NCBI GenBank assembly: GCA_965203295.1
Contig: CBDBCZ010000018.1
Coordinates: 1,280,001 to 1,344,000 of the forward strand
Length of the DNA stretch: 64,000 bases
Reading direction: 5' to 3'
Source of the DNA: Nitrospirales bacterium
Lineage (GTDB): Bacteria > Nitrospirota > Nitrospiria > Nitrospirales > UBA8639
In this document: positions 47,879-61,072 of the stretch, in pieces
Numbering within the stretch: the first letter of the stretch is position 1
Layout: every line of letters begins with the position of its first letter
The notes under the pieces: model-generated
The model's input: the letters and a program-made list of their open reading frames with translations, nothing else
Database searches by the model: none
Told to the model about the DNA's origin: nothing
Program-made: the position numbers and the translations under genes

Positions 47879-48054
47879 TTTAGATACCAGTTGGCAGTGC
47901 ATTACGGGACTAGTTAGCGCGCTCGGACAATTAAGTACGGTCTCAGGCGGATAATGCACTCGCCTTCGGCTCGTGCATTATCCGCCCTCGACCGTACTTA
48001 ATTGTCCTCGCGCGCTAACTATATCCCGTAATGCACTGCAAACTGGTGTCTAAA
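47879..48054. repeat. Long palindromic element with periodic TC/TC (GA/GA) mismatches and a TTC/GAA loop
   Basis: Arms of ~85 nt pair around gcactcgcc-ttc-ggctcgtgc. Confidence 0.9.
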
Positions 48055-48298
48055 TATTACTTAATTAACAGTGCAAACAATACTATAGTCTAAGATAACA
48101 ATGCATAGTAGTTCCACAGTTGCTTAGCAATGGTCAATGACAGGTGGTGTGTGATGTGGAAGTCACCACTACGAATGATTGATTGCGTTCATTGCATGGA
48201 TTAATATTGTTGCCAATTTTATTTTTTCGTCATTAACGATCACCTGAAGTTGTATGGTACTGTAGGCCGTTTACTTCTGTGATCATGAACGACAACCT

Positions 48299-49890
48299 TA
48301 CAGTGGAACCCCTCTATTGTGGACACCTTGGGGACAGGCTAAAGTGTCCTGTATACAGTGGAACCCCTCTATTGTGGACACCTTGGGGACAGGCTAAAGT
48401 GTCCTGTATACAGTGGAACCCCTCTATTGTGGACACCTTGGGGACAGGCTAAAGTGTCCTGTATACAGTGGAACCCCTCTATTGTGGACACCTTGGGGAC
48501 AGGCTAAAGTGTCCTGTATACAGTGGAACCCCTCTATTGTGGACACCTTGGGGACAGGCTAAAGTGTCCTGTATACAGTGGAACCCCTCTATTGTGGACA
48601 CCTTGGGGACAGGCTAAAGTGTCCTGTATACAGTGGAACCCCTCTATTGTGGGCACCTTGGGGACAGGCTAAAGTGTCCTGTATACAGTGGAACCCTTCT
48701 ATTGTGGACACCTTGGGGACAGGCTAAAGTGTCCTGTATACAGTGGAACCCCTCTATTGTGGACACCTTGGGGACAGGCTAAAGTGTCCTGTATACAGTG
48801 GAACCCCTCTATTGTGGACACCTTGGGGACAGGCTAAAGTGTCCTGTATACAGTGGAACCCCTCTATTGTGGACACCTTGGGGACAGGCTAAAGTGTCCT
48901 GTATACAGTGGAACCCCTCTATTGTGGACACCTTGGGGACAGGCTAAAGTGTCCTGTATACAGTGGAACCCCTCTATTGTGGACACCTTGGGGACAGGCT
49001 AAAGTGTCCTGTATACAGTGGAACCCCTCTATTGTGGGCACCTTGGGGACAGGCTAAAGTGTCCTGTATACAGTGGAACCCCTCTATTGTGGACACCTTG
49101 GGGACAGGCTAAAGTGTCCTGTATACAGTGGAACCCCTCTATTGTGGGCACCTTGGGGACAGGCTAAAGTGTCCTGTATACAGTGGAACCCCTCTATTGT
49201 GGACACCTTGGGGACAGGCTAAAGTGTCCTGTATACAGTGGAACCCCTCTATTGTGGGCACCTTGGGGACAGGCTAAAGTGTCCTGTATACAGTGGAACC
49301 CCTCTATTGTGGACACCTTGGGGACAGGCTAAAGTGTCCTGTATACAGTGGAACCCCTCTATTGTGGGCACCTTGGGGACAGGCTAAAGTGTCCTGTATA
49401 CAGTGGAACCCCTCTATTGTGGGCACCTTGGGGACAGGCTAAAGTGTCCTGTATACAGTGGAACCCCTCTATTGTGGGCACCTTGGGGACAGGCTAAAGT
49501 GTCCTGTATACAGTGGAACCCCTCTATTGTGGACACCTTGGGGACAGGCTAAAGTGTCCTGTATACAGTGGAACCCCTCTATTGTGGACACCTTGGGGAC
49601 AGGCTAAAGTGTCCTGTATACAGTGGAACCCCTCTATTGTGGACACCTTGGGGACAGGCTAAAGTGTTCTGTATACAGTGGAACCCCTCTATTGTGGACA
49701 CCATGGGGACAGGCTAAAGTGTCCTGTATACAGTGGAACCCCTCTATTGTGGACACCTTGGGGACAGGCTAAAGTGTCCTGTATACAGTGGAACCCCTCT
49801 ATTGTGGACACCTTGGGGACTTGGTGAAGTGTCCTGTATACAGTGAAACCTTTCCATTGTGGACACCTTGGGAGCCTGGTAAGTGTCCTA
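48299..49890. repeat. 55-bp satellite, ~28 near-identical copies, derived from a TA-CAGTGGAACC MITE end
   Basis: Unit cagtggaacccctctattgtggacaccttggggacaggctaaagtgtcctgtata from 48301 at a 55-nt period; solo homologues at ~21961, ~58641 and (inverted) ~61610-61664. Confidence 0.97.
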
Positions 49891-51448
49891 TAGGCTGCCT
49901 ACCACGTTTTCACCATCTAGGCAGCACACAACCACCTTCATTTGCTGTAGCTTGGCCTGCTAACCTCCAAAAGCTGCTATACACAGCAGTTGCATATATA
50001 GTAATGTATGGCGTAGTATTGCACACGTGGTAAGTGCACACGCACAAACAAACAGACAAACAAACAGACAGACAGACTGACCCGGAAAACGTAAAGCAAT
50101 CTTAGGACCAGCCATTCCCACGCTGTGTGCACTCTGGCTGGTAATTAAAATCATGTTCTCATGGCAACCACATACTCCCTCACTATTACTCAGCTGAAAG
50201 GGTGGCCATATGGTGTGAGAAAACTACAACAGGTGTGTCACTAAAGAGAATATCTCTACAACAGGTGCTTCACTAAAGAGAATATCTCCTGTGTGAACTC
50301 AATTAACAGTGCAAACAATACTATAGTCTAAGAAAACAATAACACCTGCTACCCTCCTGCAACCACTAATTGTATTATCTAAGTCCTCCACTAATTGTAT
50401 TATCTAAGCCCTCTGCTAATGCATTATCTAAGCCCTCCACTAATACATTATCTAAGCCACTAATGCATTATCTAAGCCCTCCAATAATTTATTATCTAAA
50501 GCACCAGATGTGCCCCATTACCTCAAGCATACAAGTCATAATATGCATTCCAAGTTCCAACCACACCTGGTTGTCATGTACATGTTCAGGGAATATTGAG
50601 AAAAGTGTAAACTAGGTATACGCAAGCGCACTATGCCTCGCTGACATCATCGTACCGCCGGGGCTAGTTAGCCAAGCCGGGGCCCTGCCCACCGAAAACA
50701 CGAGGGGACGACTCGACTATTTTCGCGACTATGCCAGTTGCAAGAATATCAGCTGAAGCGGGAAGAGACTGCTAGCTATGACAAAACGACTCACATCCAG
50801 GCGAATGATGTCTGTATCTACAACATTTTCCCAAGAAGCAGCCACAGCTGCCACAGGAGAGCGGACATGATACTTGAAACTTGCGTTCTTATCGCTCGAT
50901 TGTGCCGTCCGTGCCGAGCTAAAGAGCGGTTACACAAACGCTACTACCGTGGGAGCTGTAGTTAGCCTTACTTGATAAAACTGTGCAGTAGACTTGTCCT
51001 GATCTCTGCCAGTTTCTGCACCAAGAACCTGAAGATGGCGTCCGCGAAACTGCACAAGACGCCATTTTGAACCCGTGGCTTGCCCCTGGGGCCGGGGGGA
51101 GCGTGACACACGGATACATACATAAATATACATAATATATAAACACTAGCTGAGATTCTGAGCCCGTATGTCGCGATTATTGGCCTCGCTGTGCTCGACA
51201 ATTACTTATTATAGGCGAACTCACTAGTGTATATTACATTATATCACATTACATCACATTTGGAGAAATTCATCGGTTACAGAGAGGAGTATAAAGGTGT
51301 TTATACTACTATTTCGTTTTTATGTTTTTCATACATGTTTTCATGTTCGTTAACGTATGTTTTTGTTTACGTAATAAAATACTACTGAATGGTAACTTGG
51401 TGCATCCATGGCGATGACAAACGGCAAGAAGCGATTGGCTGCCTGTGA

Positions 51449-51590
51449 TATAAGCCGGATATACCACGCCTACTCGGAGTATAAACGCGATAAACTCCGC
51501 TAGACAGTTTATCCTAAGCTACGCCTCGGGTAAACCGTCTAGCGGAGTTTATCTGCATTTATACTCCTCGTAGACGTGGTATATCTTATA
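51449..51590. repeat. Palindromic element with TC/TC mismatches and a TAC/GTA loop
   Basis: gatataccacgcctacTCggagtataaa ... tttatactccTCgtagacgtggtatatc. Confidence 0.85.
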
Positions 51591-51801
51591 CTTATTTTGA
51601 AACAAAAAAAGAATTGTAGGAGTGGAAACAGATAAACACTTTTTTTTCAAAGCTGTTTCTGCCCAGTGAATCATGACTGCACAAAGATACTTGCAAGTCG
51701 AAACTGAAAGTGAGACTACTGAAGGCCCACTGACCTTGCTACTGGCGATTGATTACAGGTCACATTTCCGATAGAGACAGTACGTTAGCATCCACATTTT
51801 T

Positions 51802-51990
51802 TTAGGGTTCGAGTTAGGTTAGAAATAGGGTTAGGGTTGGGGTTTGGTTAGGGGCTTGGTTAGGGTTGGGTGGTTGGGTGGTAGTGTTAGGGTTAGGGTT
51901 AGGATTAGGGATGGGATTAGGGTTAGAATTAGGGTTAGGATTAGGGTTAGGGCTGGGTTGGGTTGGTTTAGGGTTTGGTTAGGGGCTAGG
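51802..51990 (+). repeat. Degenerate interstitial (TTAGGG)n
   Basis: Many ttaggg/ttagga/ttgggt units. Confidence 0.85.
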
Positions 51991-52741
51991 AGGTTTTTAA
52001 CCATCGGGTTTGCAGTGCCTCATCTGCAAGTTATTCACAATTTCACGAGTGCACATGCGCGTGCACTCCCTATACAAATGTACGTGATAAACGTACTGTC
52101 TCTAACGGCTTGTCAATTCTGAATGATCTTCAATCCCTATGAACCAGGTTCTACTTGGTGACTCGTGTTTCAAACAGAGTATGTTTCTGCACTTCGGTTG
52201 TCCTCCAAATGACATCACAGAATTGCACACGATGCCTTCCAAATCGTGAATACGTTTGCTTACTCTACACCCTATTGTGACTCGGCACAACAATCTGCTT
52301 ATAAACGGGATGTCTTGCTACTGTAACCACAGCTGAACTTACACTTATGCATGCATGCAATATGGCTTTGTGTTTGAATAAATTCGTGGAAGGCTCTGTA
52401 AGCTAATGCTGGTAAGAAAAAAAAAAAAGTAGCTATGAAATTCAGTACAGACAGCAGACTTAATTAATGATTCACAATAAAACGCTTATCACAAAGTAGC
52501 AATGACAGTTTTCTATCGTAGTTAGTGATCAGCACTTCAACTAGATGGGGGATTTAGCTACCTCATTACACCAAAGGAAAGCATTCAACTTCAAGTCATG
52601 CTTATACATGATTATATAATGCAGGTGGGCACTGCTTTGATCTTTTGACTTTAATGAGGTCTCTAAAATCCATTAGACACCTCATCAAAAATTCACATTT
52701 CATATAGAGAATTTAAAAGCTGGAAACCATAGTCTAAGCTA

Positions 52742-53090
52742 GTTAGTGACCTCAGGCAGGTATCTTAGTAGTCTCGTGCCCAGCCCCACGTTAGGAAGGT
52801 GGGTCTGGCTCCCCGCATATTTAAAGTTGGGGCAGCATTACGTCAGTGGTCCCAGATCTGGACCGGCGATGTGATTGGTTGATTATAGTAATACATCACT
52901 AAACGGTGTGAATATCCGGATACTACAACCCACCTTCCTAACGTGGGGCTGGGCACGAGACTAGTATCTTAGCTGTTTAGAGACCTTCAGATGCACCTAT
53001 AATTACCTTGGGCTTCACCCCCCTTGGTGATTATAGGTAGCATCCCTCAGGTCTCTAAAACAGCTAAGATACCTACCTGAGGTCACTAAC
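52742..53090. repeat. Palindromic element interrupted by a MITE
   Basis: gttagtgacctcaggcaggtatcttagctgttt..agagacc pairs with ggtctctaaaacagctaagatacctacctgaggtcactaac; centre gggc-ttc-accc. Confidence 0.8.
52769..52963. mobile_element. TAGTCTCGTGCCCAGCCCC-family MITE with a 9-bp TSD
   Basis: TSD gtatcttag at 52760-52768 and 52964-52972. Confidence 0.92.
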
Positions 53091-54171
53091 CTATACATAA
53101 TGATAACATATTTGTAATACCTTCACTAAGCTACTCATCACCTGATTTTATGGTCTGAGAATAAGTTATAAAACATGCGCCTAATAGCTGTGTGCGCTTA
53201 TTAACCGGTCACAATAGCTGTGTGCGGTCACTACGGTAATGCAGGTGGGCAGACAATGATAACATTATTGTAATACCTTCACTAAGCTACTCATCACCTG
53301 ATTTTATGGTCTGAGAATAAGTGACTCATCCCTGATTTTATGGTCTGAGCAGGAGTCATAACATGTCAACCTCCCATGACAAATTAGGCAAAAATGACAA
53401 GTGGGCTCTCAGGCCATGTGTGGGAACAGGGCCACTGAACATCTGCAATAGCCTTTTAAACCCTAAGCCACATTTATCTTTGTTGCCAGATCTGCAACTT
53501 TTTCAGTTACATTCGTGTAATGCCACGCTATGAACTAAACAAAAAAAGAAGCAATATTATGCTCAAAATTACGCCTGCACAATTCTCACCCTTGCTTAAT
53601 TAGAAGACATATAATTCTATGGTCTCATTCCTAGGCCCACGACTTTTTTGGGTACACCGAAGTCATCATAAGGCCTGGGATCTAAAGTCACGTGCGCAGG
53701 TAGAAAGATGGTGCAGTAGTAGAATAGTGCTTATGAGCGTGGGCGAGCACACGTGCAATTCTCAGATGAGTGAATGTAGCTAATTTACACTTCTTGTAGT
53801 TTCTTTTTATAGCCTGTCTGTGTCATAGACTTACCATTGAAAGCCTCTGGTAAAATTTAATGTAGAGAAGCCAGCCATAAAAGTCTGGGGCCTGGGAATG
53901 AGTCTAAATATGGTCTAGGGGGTTTGCACTTAGCAGGAAGCTTAGATGTTATCTGTGTCAAGGACTAATTATCCCCAGATATTGTACCAAAAAATGCCAC
54001 ATCTACAATAACACTATTGATCTGAGGACATAGGGACTCCACAGTTGCTATGCAGCTATACTAACACAAAACCACCACTCTTGAAAAAAAAATAATAGCA
54101 AAAGGACAGGACAAAATTTGGAGGGTATTACATTTAAAACACCATGTCATGACTACGTGTAAATACAACTA

Positions 54172-54358
54172 CCGTAGATCAGAAAGTTTTCGCCGTTAAT
54201 TTTTTTTTCGCCAGTTGCATTGGCGGGGAAAATTAAATTGTGCGAAAATTTTTCTATACGTTTAACGCGCATAAATTTTTTTGCCACGTGGCAAAAATTA
54301 AACATGCGAATATTTTTTCCGCGAAAACAAATGTATGCAAAAATTCCCCGACCTACGG
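54172..54358. mobile_element. Tc1/mariner-type MITE (TA-CCGTAG..CTACGG-TA)
   Basis: taccgtagatcagaaagttttcgc ... gcaaaaattccccgacctacggta. Confidence 0.75.
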
Positions 54359-55883
54359 TATGCAGTTTGTACAAGTGCGTATTATATTTGGTATGCAGTT
54401 CGTACAAGTGCGTACTATATTGCGTATACGTGGGCAAACATTTCATGTAAAAAAAAAAGGAGCCGGTAACCTTCCAGTATCATACACCCAACCCAGTTCA
54501 GGCCAACCCAGCTGCAGCTGTAGAACTAGTATTGACAGACACTCTACAGAAACAGTCAAACGCAGTACAGCAAAGTGCTGACTTGGTAGTTTCATCGTGC
54601 GTGCGTATACAGTTAGTAGCTATGTCACGAAATAGGTTTTTTACAGCTGCCTACCAAGTTTTCGCCATCTAGGCAACACAAAACTATTCATTTGCTGTAG
54701 CTTGGCCTGCAAACCTCCGAAAGCTGCTATATACTGCAATTGCATAGTACTTATGAGGATAAACAGAGAGACACGAAAAACGTAAAGCAATCTTAGAACC
54801 AGGTGATCACAGGATCAGGCTGCTAAAAATTGCATTTAGGATATAGCAATTAAATCCAGTCCTATGGTAATCACTTCCTACAAAATCAGCAAGTCCTTGA
54901 GAAAAATCTGTCCATTTGAGAGCTGTGAAAGGTAGTGTATTCATTAGGATAATTGGTGCAGCCCTACTCTGTTGACAGTGCCTATTGCTATTGGGACAAG
55001 AGGCTGAGAACGTAATTAGTGTTGCATCAACTTTCACACAGCAAACAACCACAGCCTTTTCATCTTCAAAGCTACAACTGCAATGTTTTCTTTTACAACA
55101 TTAGATACACCAATTATGCACCAACCACACATACTTGAAACAGTCCAGATGGTTGGTTTCGCTATGAGGGTCACATTTAATGAGCATAATATTATAGGGG
55201 CATTTGTTGAGCATTAATCGGAAGATTTTGGAGCAGTGCAGCATAGCATAATACGCTATTTCTTAAGCATAATAGGCTCAGCCCAGCTATGTCACAAAGC
55301 AATTATTGATTTTATGTCATGTGATAGTGAAAAGTTATGAAGCACGCAATTTGCCGGCAGAATGAGCGACAGCAAGTGTAGCAGCGTGTCTCCGTGGCCT
55401 AAACTCTGGAGGAGTCGGATATGCACTTGGCACCTCTGGCAATTGGACGAGACGGCATACTAGCCAAAGTGCCACTCTTTTCTGCAGTGATTGCAGCTGA
55501 AATTATCAAGCCGTTGGGAGGCTCGATCTTTACAAATGACGAATATTACCCCCGCTTCCCTCCGAGTCCATATTCTAGATGATTGAGTCGGGGTGGTTCA
55601 AAGGTGGAAACTAACGAAACACTGTCTATGGGAAACACCGTACCTAACGAGAATCATGTAATCCAGATTGGCTCCAGGACAGTGCAAGAAATTTTAATTA
55701 GCTGAGTTAATACACCTTATTATAATAATTATCATTAGCAGCCAGACAACATCTGCATGTGTACACAGGAATACCTAGTGAACTATACACCTGTGTACAA
55801 GGTTATGACAACAGGAAGCTTAGTGTTGCTATATAGTCACAAAGCAGTCTGGCTCCCTCACAGACACTGATAAGGGTGGCCCC

Positions 55884-56455
55884 TAGTCTGGCAAAGCCAG
55901 ACCCAAGCGCGAAGCGCGAGGGTCTGGTACGAAGCCTATATCAAGTTTTGTACTGCTGCAAAAATATTGCAGCCAATCAGATTGCAGGACAGCTAATTAT
56001 AACATTCCAGTAAAGTCACGTGGACTAATTAGAGTTTTATAGCGTACAGAGAGTACGGAGCGAGTACATGTATCGTTTGAGACGCAGAAAGTGAGAGATG
56101 CCGCTAGAAGTGCAGCAAAGGAGCTTGGTTATCACGACCTGAAGCCTGAACAATTGGCAGTTTTGTAGTGTGTTTGCTGTACTCCCAACGGGGTATTGGA
56201 AAATCCTTTGTTTTGCATGCGTATCTTTTTTTGTGTTTGACAAACTGCCTGAGTACGGGTGGAGAATACGGTTCCATTGCAGTAGTAGCATAGATAGTAG
56301 CAACTCCTTTGACAGCGATCATGAACATACACAATTTAACGTAATCATATTCATTGTGGGTTATGTAACCGCAAACATTCCAGTGGTACAAAACGTGATA
56401 TAGGCTTGGTACCAGATCCTCGTGCCTCGCGCTCAGGTCTGGCTTCGCCAGACTA
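55884..56455. mobile_element. MITE with TAGTCTGGC.AAGCCAGACC TIRs and a 9-bp TSD (8/9 match)
   Basis: ggtggcccc at 55875-55883 and ggtggccac at 56456-56464. Confidence 0.85.
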
Positions 56456-58349
56456 GGTGGCCACCAGAAGTGTAGAAAGGTATTCATTCAGCACTATGTA
56501 TTGTCACCAAAGAATGCGTTTCTCAACTTTCTCATGCCAACTTCCTATGCCTACATACACAGTTTATACAGCGAGCCTTTTCGCTAATTTTCTTCAAATT
56601 TTTGCTTATTACTGTTTCTTTATTTATTGTCAGATGGGTAATTATATTCGTAGGGTAACATTATTCAAGAAGCGGTAGTAACGGCTGCAGTAAATGATCA
56701 TATAGGTTATTGTTATTAGAATTTCCGGTTAACGGTATACAAAGAAAAGGGTCTTTAAAATGCCAGGGGATAAAATCTCGGAAACGAACCAATACCTTAA
56801 CCACGCTTTTTGCCACGGCTGCGAAAAAAAAGCTGTGAGGGAAGGCCTGGGTACGAGGCTATATAAGTCTTCCCTCATGTAAAAAATGGGGCTAACATGG
56901 GGAAACGAACCAACGCCTGGCCCGTGCGCCTGGAGAAAATGGCTTTTAGCAAACAATCCAGGAGACATGGGACGAAGTACTTGTACTACAAAATGTTTGC
57001 TGATATAAGGTATGGTGGGGCTATTTCGATGGCACAGTAATTTCGACATTTGGAGTTGGGTGATTATTTTATGCCTCAGTATATATAGGTCAATAGCACA
57101 GGTATATGAATAGGGGTTTTCAGCTTTATGAAACTGGATCTATCTACTACAATGCTGGAATTACCCTCGGGGTTAAAATTCTGTTGGAATAGCCCCGCTT
57201 AACCTTACAAAAGTCGCAAAAAATGTGTTGTAGGCGTGCAAAGTATCACCAACCTTTTCCATCAAAGCTGTAAATTCCCCTGCTAGCCAAAAATCAAAGG
57301 CAGTACACGGCAACCTCAAGCCAATCCAATGGTTCAAACATCAAGCCCAGTGATTCCATCCAAAGGGTGTTCAGTGATTGTCGTCCTGTGGGATTCAGAA
57401 AGGATTTAGTTGCCATAACCGGAGGGGATACAGGGTTTAATACAGAGGATGACGGGATGGGGGGGGGGGGGGGTGATTTCCCCCCCCCCCTTCCCCCAGA
57501 GAATTATGAAAACTTATATTGTCATAATTGCAATAATAACAAGGTTTAATGGCAGTTAGGAGGTCATAATAAACACAAACATATTAATCATACAGCCGAA
57601 ATCAGAAAAAACACACGTTACAACGGAATTCTGCAATTCTTTTCCTTAAAAACATCAAGAATTTCAGTACAGTGGACACTATAGTTGGGGTAGTCACACA
57701 CAGGTATTCCAAATTCAATCTCAGGCCAATTGCATGCCCAGACGCCCCCCTAAAGAGCGTTTTCTCTTCCGAAAAAGTCCCCCCCCCCCCCGGCAAAAAA
57801 AACCTTGAATAGCATCACAATATTCGGGAATTTTTTTAAGAATAATTAGTGTAAGCATGCAAAAAAAAATATTAATTATGCAGAATGATTGTTTTGATAA
57901 AACCTGTCTGTAGGGCCTTCCCTGGGTCAGAGGACTCAGTAATTAGTCTGCTTAAAGTTCTGGCAGAGTATAAGTGGCTGTGAATTCCATCAATATTCCA
58001 AAGCCAAGTGTAGTGAAGCAGAGAAACCCGCTTAGCCTCCTACCCAGGCCTTCCCCTCACTCACGAAACTAAAATTTTCGCGAGTGCGGGGGAAGGGCTA
58101 AAAATAAGATTTTTGTAAGTGCGAGGAAGGCCTGGGTAAGAGGCTAGAAATAAAACTTTCGCGAGTGAGGGGAAGGCCTGGGTACAAGGCAAGAGCCTAC
58201 TATGACTCGTGCTTAAAGTTAGAAACACATCCTAAACTCAGACTGCTACATAATTACGGCTTGCGATGAAGGAAAAGAATGATAGGGTAAAAATATGAAT
58301 GATAATAGGACAAAATAAAAGAATTCAAAAACAGAATAATGGGAAGTTT

Positions 58350-58522
58350 ATTGGGGCGAGCGCAGCGAGCCCCGTATTGGCGAGGTCAATGCCAACTCTG
58401 TATGTTTGCCTATGTCATCAACCAACCGGTCGTATAGCGCATGCGCAGAAACTTGCTAAGCACATGTTGTACTTGTGCTTACTCGTTGCGCTCGCCCTAC
58501 AAATGGTTTGCATTCTCCTAGT
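58350..58522 (+). mobile_element. Short Helitron/Helentron-like element (5' TTGGGGCGAGC..GCGAGCCCC hairpin, 3' ..TGCATT..CTAG)
   Basis: Termini shared with the inverted element at 60426-60897. Confidence 0.5.
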
Positions 58523-60029
58523 ACTTCAGGATACTGCATAAGCACTAGAGAAGACTAGAAAATGCTCCATGGATCTCTAAGAGAATTTACTAATTGGGTC
58601 CTGAACCCAATTAAACATGTCTAGGTTGTACCAATTTGCACAGTGGAAGCCCTATACTGTGGACACCCTGGGGAACTGGGGAAGTGTGGGTATAGACATG
58701 TAGACTCACCTCAGGGTAAATTTCTATAAGGAAAGTGTATTTGGGACATAGCAAAGTGTTGGTAACAGTAATACAGAGGTGCCCTTATTTCAGGGGTGTC
58801 CATTTGGTCACTTATATAATTATCTGCTTACACAGGGTCAGTCTGTTTAGCTAGCCTCGTTCCCTGGCCCGCGACTTTTTCGGCTACACGAAAGTCACAG
58901 GGCCCGGTAGCCAAAAGCACGCAATCAAATTACAGCATTGTCCTCTTCAAACGCATTTCTCTACATTTTACCAGAGACCGCAATGTTTCAGTGGTAAGTC
59001 TATGGCACATGGGCTATAAGAAAAGCTACAAGAAGTGTAGTTTCGCTATTAACTCGTCTGTGAATTGCAAGTGTACTCACCAACGCTCATAATCACCTCT
59101 CTACTACCTCTCTATCTTTTGAACTGCACACGTGATTTTAGATTCTAGGCCTGTGACGGCTTTTTTGTAACCAAAAAAGTCACAGGCCTGAAATCAGCTG
59201 TTCACGCACTTCACACATGCCCAGCTGGTAAAAAAGCAAATTCATTCATGCATGTTTAACTTAAGTTCAAATCTACTGGGCAATTCATATATCATGAATA
59301 TAGTCTCAATGAATTCCATCTTGAGGGTAGGTTTTAAAAACACAGGTGGGTACCTTTTTGACTGGACAATGCTAAATTAGTACTCTAAGGTCACTATTAC
59401 ATTTGAGGTGACAAAATTTAGCGGATTGTATGTATAGTGGATTTGAAGGGAATTAATTTAGCGATTTAAAACACATGACTCACTACTATGCGTAAATATA
59501 ACTACGCAGCTCGTACAAGTGCATACTCTATTGTGTATATATCATGTGCGTAAATATTAAGTGAGCACTGTATATATGTCGAGCGTATACGTGCTTAAAT
59601 AAGTGCATATACACATGTACACATGTATGCGCGGACGTTAACTGAGGTGCTCATACACTGCTCACGCACGAGTAATAATTTTGCGGGTATAAAATTACCA
59701 AAATCACTAATTTGGCAATGCATTCAAATTAGTACCCTCAAACAATAGTCACCAGGTCCACTACCCTCTGGGGCCGAGACTACTCCAGGTATAGCCTGGT
59801 TCGGTTCCCAGGTCCACTACCCTCTTTGGTTGACAGGCCTGTCTATATACCCTCAAAAATATGAATACATCACCTCACTTTAAGATCAGCTGGACAGAGT
59901 TTCTTGACACGTGTTCATATACATACAGATGCGTGCATGTCATTACTACAGCAATCTACTGCTTGTATATACGACGCTACACGAGGTATATGGGTCTACA
60001 CACAGTTTTCAGTCCAGAAGCTCAGGTCT

Positions 60030-60111
60030 TAGTCTCGGCCCCAGACCATCCCTGCACTCGCAAAAAAAAAAAAAAAAAAACGAGTGCAGGGAGGGTCTGG
60101 GGCCGAGACTA
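60030..60111. mobile_element. Short palindromic MITE (TAGTCTCGGCCCCAGACC TIR) with an A-tract loop
   Basis: Long inverted arms around a poly-A; related copy at ~29546-29625. Confidence 0.75.
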
Positions 60112-60347
60112 GTTATGTCTGTGCTAAAGACTTCTAGTTCAGTCAGTTTTCATGTCCTTGTGTAAATCACCTGCACTCTAAGCAGACCTATCAGCTTTAA
60201 CCTCATTAGGCAATGGAAGTAATGAAAAGCTCATTGCTATGTAGTCAAAACCTTTGACCAGTCTAATGAGGTCAAATTTGGCCCTAGTGGTGTGATGTAC
60301 ATAAGTTTGGGTGTAGCAGGTTAATCTGTTTAGGAGATTGGGGAGAG

Positions 60348-61072
60348 GCCTAATGAGAAGAGTAATTACAGTTGGAATTGGCTGGGTCCTACTGGCAAGT
60401 GCTACTAGCAGGTTTAGTGGCTATACTAGGTGATTCAATGCAAAGCATTGTGGAGCAAGCATGAGAGAGGTATTAGCCCATGTGTACGTTAGTGGCGACG
60501 CGCCCTCAGCAGCTCATGTGGCTCTTTTATTCGTCTCAGTATCACTTGTTGGTAGCCTGGAGAAATGGCAGCTCTTCTGGCTCTAGAACTCGCTCTCTGC
60601 TGTTCCAATGTGACTTATTGCCAACCTGGGGATATATACTGCAACGCTGTAGCCTCTGCCGCTGCAGTCTACTCTGTGAGAGCATCCCTAAGCTAGCTGC
60701 ACTGCAGCCACCGTGGCCACGTGAACAATTTGAAATATTACGGAAATTGTTACATTGAAACTCGAAACGATATGCGGTATGTGCGTACGTACGTACGCAC
60801 GCACGTACGTACACCGTACACCGTACACACAGACAAATTCTCAATTGAACACACTAGTGTGGGGCTCGCTCAAGCTCGCCCAATAAAGCTCGCCCAATAA
60901 AGCTTGCCTACTGCTCCTCTGCCAAGGGGCTCCAGTAGCTCAATTGGAAAGAGCATCTGACTATATAGTATTCAGAAGGTCCTGGGTTCAATCCCCAGCT
61001 GGGTCCCATTTTTTCCCCCGGATTTCTTTACTCTCTCAGAAAGCTTATCATCTCTTGAAGAGTTTGCAATGA
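60348..61072 (+). mobile_element. tRNA-Thr-like dispersed repeat split by an insertion in its 5' flank
   Basis: 60348-60425 plus 60898-61072 together match the reverse complement of 43040-43288; the tRNA part (~60929-61006) has an expanded anticodon loop. Confidence 0.75.
60426..60897 (-). mobile_element. Helitron/Helentron-like non-autonomous insertion
   Basis: Minus strand starts TTGGGCGAGC..GCGAGCCCCACACTAG and ends ..ACAATGCTTTGCATTGAATCACCTAG; absent from the 43 kb copy of the host repeat. Confidence 0.55.

Noticed and set aside
48299..49890. CRISPR array
   Set aside because: Units are contiguous and near-identical with no unique spacers; no cas genes; eukaryotic context.
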